Position numbers and translations under genes: made by a program. A DNA stretch of 64,000 bases from Pontiella sp. (GTDB taxonomy: Bacteria; Verrucomicrobiota; Kiritimatiellia; Kiritimatiellales; Pontiellaceae), in the NCBI GenBank assembly GCA_050290185.1, contig JBNKHE010000007.1, positions 160,001 through 224,000 on the forward strand, read 5' to 3'. This document shows, one piece after another, positions 59,460 through 64,000 of the stretch. Within the stretch, counting starts at the first letter, position 1; the number at the start of each line of letters is the position of its first letter. A model generated the notes under the pieces. That model did no database searches. It had not been told where the DNA came from and saw only the letters and a program-made list of their open reading frames with translations.

Positions 59460-60016
59460 GTGGATTCGATGTCGATGCCTTTTTTGTGGAAACGCTCTGC
59501 ACAACGGGGACATATGCAGTGGCTGAATTCCATTTTGGTCTGCTCCTTGAGGTAGATATCCACATGCTGCCATACGCCATCCTTGTCCTGGATACTTTTG
59601 CAGGTGCTGCACAGGTTATGAATTCCCCCGAGTTCCTGAACATTGGCTAGCATGTTACGTAGACGCTCATTGGCGGACTCCAGTTCCGTTTCCTTCTTGC
59701 TTAGCTCTTTGCTGCTTCTTCTTAGATGTCCCAGCGATACCGCCGCCAAAATCTGCAGGGCGATATAGGCGGGCGAGGAAGCGAAGCTGGCATAGCTTGT
59801 CGAGACTGAAAACTGGTCATAAACCATGGTGGTCAGCGGAATAAGCAGCAGAGCGGTTCCCAGCCCCGGAACGACTCCGCAGAGCCATGCAACGACTCCA
59901 ACCACGGCCGTTCCCATGATAAAGTAGGGTTCGCGGCTGGGGGCCACATAGCGCAGCAACAGCAGGTAAACTGCTATGACCGCAGCTGATACAATCGGTT
60001 TTAAGTACTTATGCAT
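59456..60016 (-). CDS. Membrane protein with C-terminal CxxC...H.ICPxC domain
   Basis: About four TM helices, a coiled coil, then LCSTCKSIQD..G.W....Y....FSHCICPRC. Confidence 0.75.
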   Translation of the reverse strand: MHKYLKPIVSAAVIAVYLLLLRYVAPSREPYFIMGTAVVGVVAWLCGVVPGLGTALLLIPLTTMVYDQFSVSTSYASFASSPAYIALQILAAVSLGHLRRSSKELSKKETELESANERLRNMLANVQELGGIHNLCSTCKSIQDKDGVWQHVDIYLKEQTKMEFSHCICPRCAERFHKKGIDIEST

Positions 60017-60042
60017 ACTCTTTACCTAGGCTCTATTCATTT

Positions 60043-61092
60043 TTATGGATACTGTCCAGGTATTGCAAGACCCATGCCAGAATCGAGGCCGAACATTAGG
60101 TTCATGTTTTGCAAGGCGTTGCCAGCCTGACCCTTCATCAGGTTGTCGATATGCGATATCACGCGCAGCCGGTTGTTCCGTTCATCTACGTCAACCGTCA
60201 GGCTGCAGTAGTTGGTTCCCCGGATGTCGGCAATGCTGGCCGGTGTGCTGGCGTCTTGAATACGCACAAATTGGTTGTTCCGGTTGAATTCCCGGTACAT
60301 CTCCAGCACTTCGTCCGCTTTCTGACCGTCCAGCGTAGCGTAAAGGCACGACATGATGCCCCGGCAGACCGGAACGACCTGTGCCGTGAAGGTGATTTGA
60401 ACCGGGTCATCGCCCAGCAGCCCCAGTTCCTGTTCAATCTCGACCACGTGTTGGTGGCCGGCCAGCTTGTAGGCGTTCATATTATCGTAGCGGTTGGGAT
60501 AGTGGAACGCCGGGTTGGGCTTCTTCCCGGCACCGGACACGCCGGTCTTGCAGTCGCAGATGATGCTTTTGGGATCAATAATGCCTGCCTCCACAGCTGG
60601 AGCCAGACCCATGATGCAGCTGACCGCAAAACAACCCGGATTTCCGACGATCGTCTGCTCCGTGGTGATATCATGCAGTTCGGGCAATCCATAGACGGTT
60701 TCATTCAGCAAGGCCGGTGCCTTGTGCTCGGGATCCCGTCCGATAAAGTTGGCATATTCCGCATAGCGTTCAACCGATCCAAACCGGAAATCACCGCTGT
60801 AGTCGATCACCTTTGCACCGTTGGATATTTCCGCTTCAGCGGTCTGCATGCCGACGCCATCGGGCGTGGAGAAGAAGACCACGTCGTAAGTCTCCTGGTT
60901 CTTGGGATCATCCGGAGAAACAATAACATCATCGCAGAAGCCTCTCAGGTGCGGAAAAACCTCGCTCATTTTCCGTCCGGTATCCGAAAGGCTTACCAGA
61001 CAGCCGATTTCCGCTTCCGGGTGCCGCAGCAACAGTTCCGTAATTCCAACGCCGCCGTAGCCGCCGGCTCCAACAATCTTTGCCCTGATCAT
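60043..61092 (-). CDS. argC: N-acetyl-gamma-glutamyl-phosphate reductase
   Basis: GAGGYGG, YGLPE, NPGC, GVSGAG and DNLMKG motifs. Confidence 0.96.
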   Translation of the reverse strand: MIRAKIVGAGGYGGVGITELLLRHPEAEIGCLVSLSDTGRKMSEVFPHLRGFCDDVIVSPDDPKNQETYDVVFFSTPDGVGMQTAEAEISNGAKVIDYSGDFRFGSVERYAEYANFIGRDPEHKAPALLNETVYGLPELHDITTEQTIVGNPGCFAVSCIMGLAPAVEAGIIDPKSIICDCKTGVSGAGKKPNPAFHYPNRYDNMNAYKLAGHQHVVEIEQELGLLGDDPVQITFTAQVVPVCRGIMSCLYATLDGQKADEVLEMYREFNRNNQFVRIQDASTPASIADIRGTNYCSLTVDVDERNNRLRVISHIDNLMKGQAGNALQNMNLMFGLDSGMGLAIPGQYP

Positions 61093-61205
61093 ATCGCTTC
61101 TCCTCTAAAAAAGTCGGAAAAACCTAAACCAGCCCCGACCGCGAATCGACACTAATCTTGCGTTTTTGGTTTCATCGTTTCCCGCGTTCATGCGAGTTTT
61201 CCGGC

Positions 61206-61706
61206 ATGAAAATTGGGATTCTTTCCGATACGCATGGGAATATTTCCGCTACGGCAAAGGCCGCTGCAGCTTTTCGTGAAGCCGGTGTAGATGCCGTCTT
61301 CCACTGCGGTGACATTGGCGGTATGGATGTATTGGCGGAGTTGGCCGGTGTTTTCGAACCACAGGGGATATCGGTGCATGCCGTCTTCGGAAATATTGAT
61401 ATCCATGCCAGCGACTGGAAGTTTTTCCCTTCTAACATCGGTGTTACCCTTCATGGGCGTTTTGGGGATGTCGCGTTCGGGGGTAAGCGCATCGCGTTGC
61501 TGCATGGCGATGATGCCCGCCGGTTCCGAAAAGTGGTTGCCGGTGGTGAATATGATCTGGTGCTTACCGGGCACAGCCATGAAGTGCATGATTTTGTTCA
61601 GGGCAGAACGCGGTGTCTGAATCCCGGGACTGCGGGGCGTGGAACGCCGAACACCGGAGCCGTGTTGGATCTGGAAAGCGGCGCATTCCAGGTGGTTTCC
61701 ATCTAG
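61206..61706 (+). CDS. Metallophosphoesterase (YfcE/MJ0936 family)
   Basis: SDTHG, HCGD, GN.D, GHSH and NPG motifs. Confidence 0.92.
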   Translation: MKIGILSDTHGNISATAKAAAAFREAGVDAVFHCGDIGGMDVLAELAGVFEPQGISVHAVFGNIDIHASDWKFFPSNIGVTLHGRFGDVAFGGKRIALLHGDDARRFRKVVAGGEYDLVLTGHSHEVHDFVQGRTRCLNPGTAGRGTPNTGAVLDLESGAFQVVSI

Positions 61707-62794
61707 CTTAAATCCGGAAAGGCATCGGCAACGGCGGAGCAGGTTATTTTTCCATTTCGCATGTTCAACGCTACGGAACGTCCGGCACTTTTGGCCAGAA
61801 ATCCATCAAGGCCCAGCGCGGCCAGCTCGCGGCAATAGCTCAGCGTGGCGTTGCAGAGCGCGTGGCTGCTGGTGCGGCCCACTGCGCCGGGCATGTTGGC
61901 CACGCAATAGTGCACGACTTCATCAACCACGTAGACCGGGTCGCTGTGGGTGGTCGGCTTGCTGCTTTCGCAGCATCCGCCCTGATCGATGCAGACATCC
62001 ACGATGACCGATCCACGTTTCATCCTTGAAAGCAGTTCGCGGGTGATCAGGCGGGGCGCCTTTGCTCCGGGGATCAGGATTGATCCAACCACGAGATCGG
62101 CATCGACGGCATATTGCTCAACGGCATGCGGTTCGCAGAAGATGGTCGTCACATTCGGCGGCATGATGTCGTCGAGCTGCCGGAGGCGATCAAGGCTGAT
62201 ATCCATGATGGTGACATTAGCGCCCAGCCCGGCTGCAACACGGGCCGCATTGGTTCCTACCACGCCGCCGCCAAGGATCAGCACGTTGGCAGGGGGGACG
62301 CCCGTAACGCCGCCGAGCAGGATGCCGCGTCCCATCATCGGGCGTTCCAGACATTTGGCCCCTTCCTGCACGGACATCTTTCCGGCGACCTCGCTCATGG
62401 GAGTGAGTAGGGGAAGGTGCCCGTTGCTATCGGCCAGGGTTTCATAGGCCACCGCCGAAATCCCGCTTTCAAGGCAGCCGGTTGTCAGCTCGCGTGAGCT
62501 GGAAAAATGGAAGTAGCAAAAGACGATCTGGTCTTTTTTCAGCTGCTTGATTTCTTCCGGCATGGGTTCTTTGACCTTGACGATCATTTCCGCGCGCTCG
62601 AAAATTTCGTCGGATGAGTCAACAATTTCCGCGCCTGCCTGCAGATAATCTCTGTCGTCGTATCCGCTGCCCAGACCGGCGTCCTTTTCGATCAGGACAC
62701 GATGCCCATCCTGCACGAGCAGTTGTGCGCCGACGGGTAGCATGGCGATACGATATTCATCCTTCTTCACCTCGTGCGGTATACCGATGATCAT
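61703..62794 (-). CDS. ald: Alanine dehydrogenase
   Basis: MIIGIP.E.K..EYR, VKVKEP, PMSEVAG, DQGGC and NMPGAV motifs. Confidence 0.96.
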   Translation of the reverse strand: MIIGIPHEVKKDEYRIAMLPVGAQLLVQDGHRVLIEKDAGLGSGYDDRDYLQAGAEIVDSSDEIFERAEMIVKVKEPMPEEIKQLKKDQIVFCYFHFSSSRELTTGCLESGISAVAYETLADSNGHLPLLTPMSEVAGKMSVQEGAKCLERPMMGRGILLGGVTGVPPANVLILGGGVVGTNAARVAAGLGANVTIMDISLDRLRQLDDIMPPNVTTIFCEPHAVEQYAVDADLVVGSILIPGAKAPRLITRELLSRMKRGSVIVDVCIDQGGCCESSKPTTHSDPVYVVDEVVHYCVANMPGAVGRTSSHALCNATLSYCRELAALGLDGFLAKSAGRSVALNMRNGKITCSAVADAFPDLS

Positions 62795-64000
62795 GATCCG
62801 ACCTCCCATTCCCGACTGCGTTCCACGGCGCGGAGCCATTGGACAAAGCGGTTTTCAGCCTCATCGGTGCTGATCTGCGGCTCGAAAACGCGGTCGATTT
62901 TGCGCAGGGCTGATAGTTCTTCCGTTCCCGTCCAGAACCCGACCGCAAGGCCCGCCAGCGCCGCCGCACCGAAGGCCGTGGTTTCTATCATTTTGGGGCG
63001 TTCGATCGGGATCTGCAAAAGATCCGACTGGATCTGCATCAGGAGGTTGTTGGCGCAGGCGCCGCCATCAACGCGAAGGGTATTCATTGGAGCTCCGGCA
63101 TCCTTTTCCATGGCCCTCAATACTTCCAACGACTGGAAGCACATTGATTCCAGTGCTGCCCGGGCGATATGCGCCTTGTTGGAGCCGCGTGTCAGGCCGA
63201 TGAGGGTACCACGGGCCTGCGGGTCCCAGTGCGGTGCGCCGAGCCCGGCGAACGCCGGCACGAAACAGACGCCTCCGGGATCGGGTACCTGCATCGCCAG
63301 GGCCTCGACTTCGGGGGCTGTCTGGATGATTCCAAGTTCGTCGCGCAACCATTGCACAACAGCTCCGCCTATGAAGACGCCCCCCTCGAGGGCATAGCTG
63401 GTTTTGTCGCCGATCTTCCATGCCAGTGTGCTCAACAGCTTGTTTTTTGATGTTGCCGGCTTGTTGCCGGTATTCATCAGCAGGAAGCACCCGGTTCCAT
63501 ACGTGTTCTTTGATGCGCCGGTATCAAAGCAGGACTGTCCGAACAGGGCGGCATGCTGATCACCGGCAATGCCGGAGATTTTGCATCCACATTCACAAAG
63601 GTATTTGTCCGCGCAACCATAGACTTCGCTCGATGATCGTACGTCCGGCATCATGCTCCGGGGAATGTCCAGCAGATCGAGCAGGGTATCGTCCCAGTCC
63701 AACCCATGGATGTTAAACAACAGGGTACGCGAAGCATTGGTTGCATCGGTGATGTGCTGTGCGCCATTCGTGAGCTTCCACATCAGCCACGAATCCATGG
63801 TGCCAAAGGCCAGCTCACCGCGATCGGCCTGCGTTCGTGCTCCATCGACATTGTCCAGCAGCCATTTGATCTTGGTGCCGGAAAAATACGGATCCAGATA
63901 CAATCCGGTTTTCTCATTGAATGTGGTCTCCAGTCCATCGGCCTTTAACCGGGCACAGAGGTCTGCCGTGCGGCGATCCTGCCAGACTATGGCGTTATGG
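62791..64000 (-). CDS. glpK: Glycerol kinase, 5' end beyond window
   Basis: [10 protein letters not shown] upstream of the ORF-track start; YFSGTK, TNASRT, GDQ, KNTYGTG and GLGAPHW motifs. Confidence 0.97.
   Translation of the reverse strand, partial: HNAIVWQDRRTADLCARLKADGLETTFNEKTGLYLDPYFSGTKIKWLLDNVDGARTQADRGELAFGTMDSWLMWKLTNGAQHITDATNASRTLLFNIHGLDWDDTLLDLLDIPRSMMPDVRSSSEVYGCADKYLCECGCKISGIAGDQHAALFGQSCFDTGASKNTYGTGCFLLMNTGNKPATSKNKLLSTLAWKIGDKTSYALEGGVFIGGAVVQWLRDELGIIQTAPEVEALAMQVPDPGGVCFVPAFAGLGAPHWDPQARGTLIGLTRGSNKAHIARAALESMCFQSLEVLRAMEKDAGAPMNTLRVDGGACANNLLMQIQSDLLQIPIERPKMIETTAFGAAALAGLAVGFWTGTEELSALRKIDRVFEPQISTDEAENRFVQWLRAVERSREWEVGS

Overview
The window has two parts. Positions 1 to ~29,616 are the right-hand portion of a temperate, lambda-like long-tailed prophage with all genes on the + strand. 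It contains an accessory/early block (DNA methyltransferase end, peptide deformylase, ASCH-FtsK-gamma fusion, HD hydrolase, nucleases), a putative replication gene, GpA-type terminase, portal, S49 protease, capsid, tail, an esterase-bearing receptor-binding-like protein and a lysis cassette. The left end and the integrase lie outside the window. Positions ~29,784-64,000 are ordinary host chromosome (uvrC, tRNA-Tyr, efpL, larB, metK, lpxK, carA-guaA-carB, ppdK, galK/galE, leuCD, alr, argC, ald, glpK). The host is possibly a PVC-superphylum bacterium, which is an impression only. The most striking observation is at the junction: phage DNA abuts the 3' half only of an RNase P RNA gene (rnpB). The break falls at the 7-nt loop of helix P14 and is preceded by an AT-rich arm with direct repeats. 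This suggests the phage uses the essential ribozyme gene rnpB as its attachment site. Other notable signals are a recurring TTGACAC-N10/11-(T/G)A(T/G)G motif ahead of structural modules, a perfect 24-bp inverted repeat inside the replication gene, half-copies of a host-type palindromic repeat placed before early-gene starts, a histone-H1-like tail on the small terminase, and a lysis cassette with no recognisable endolysin. All protein calls come from motif recognition by eye; no database searches were run.
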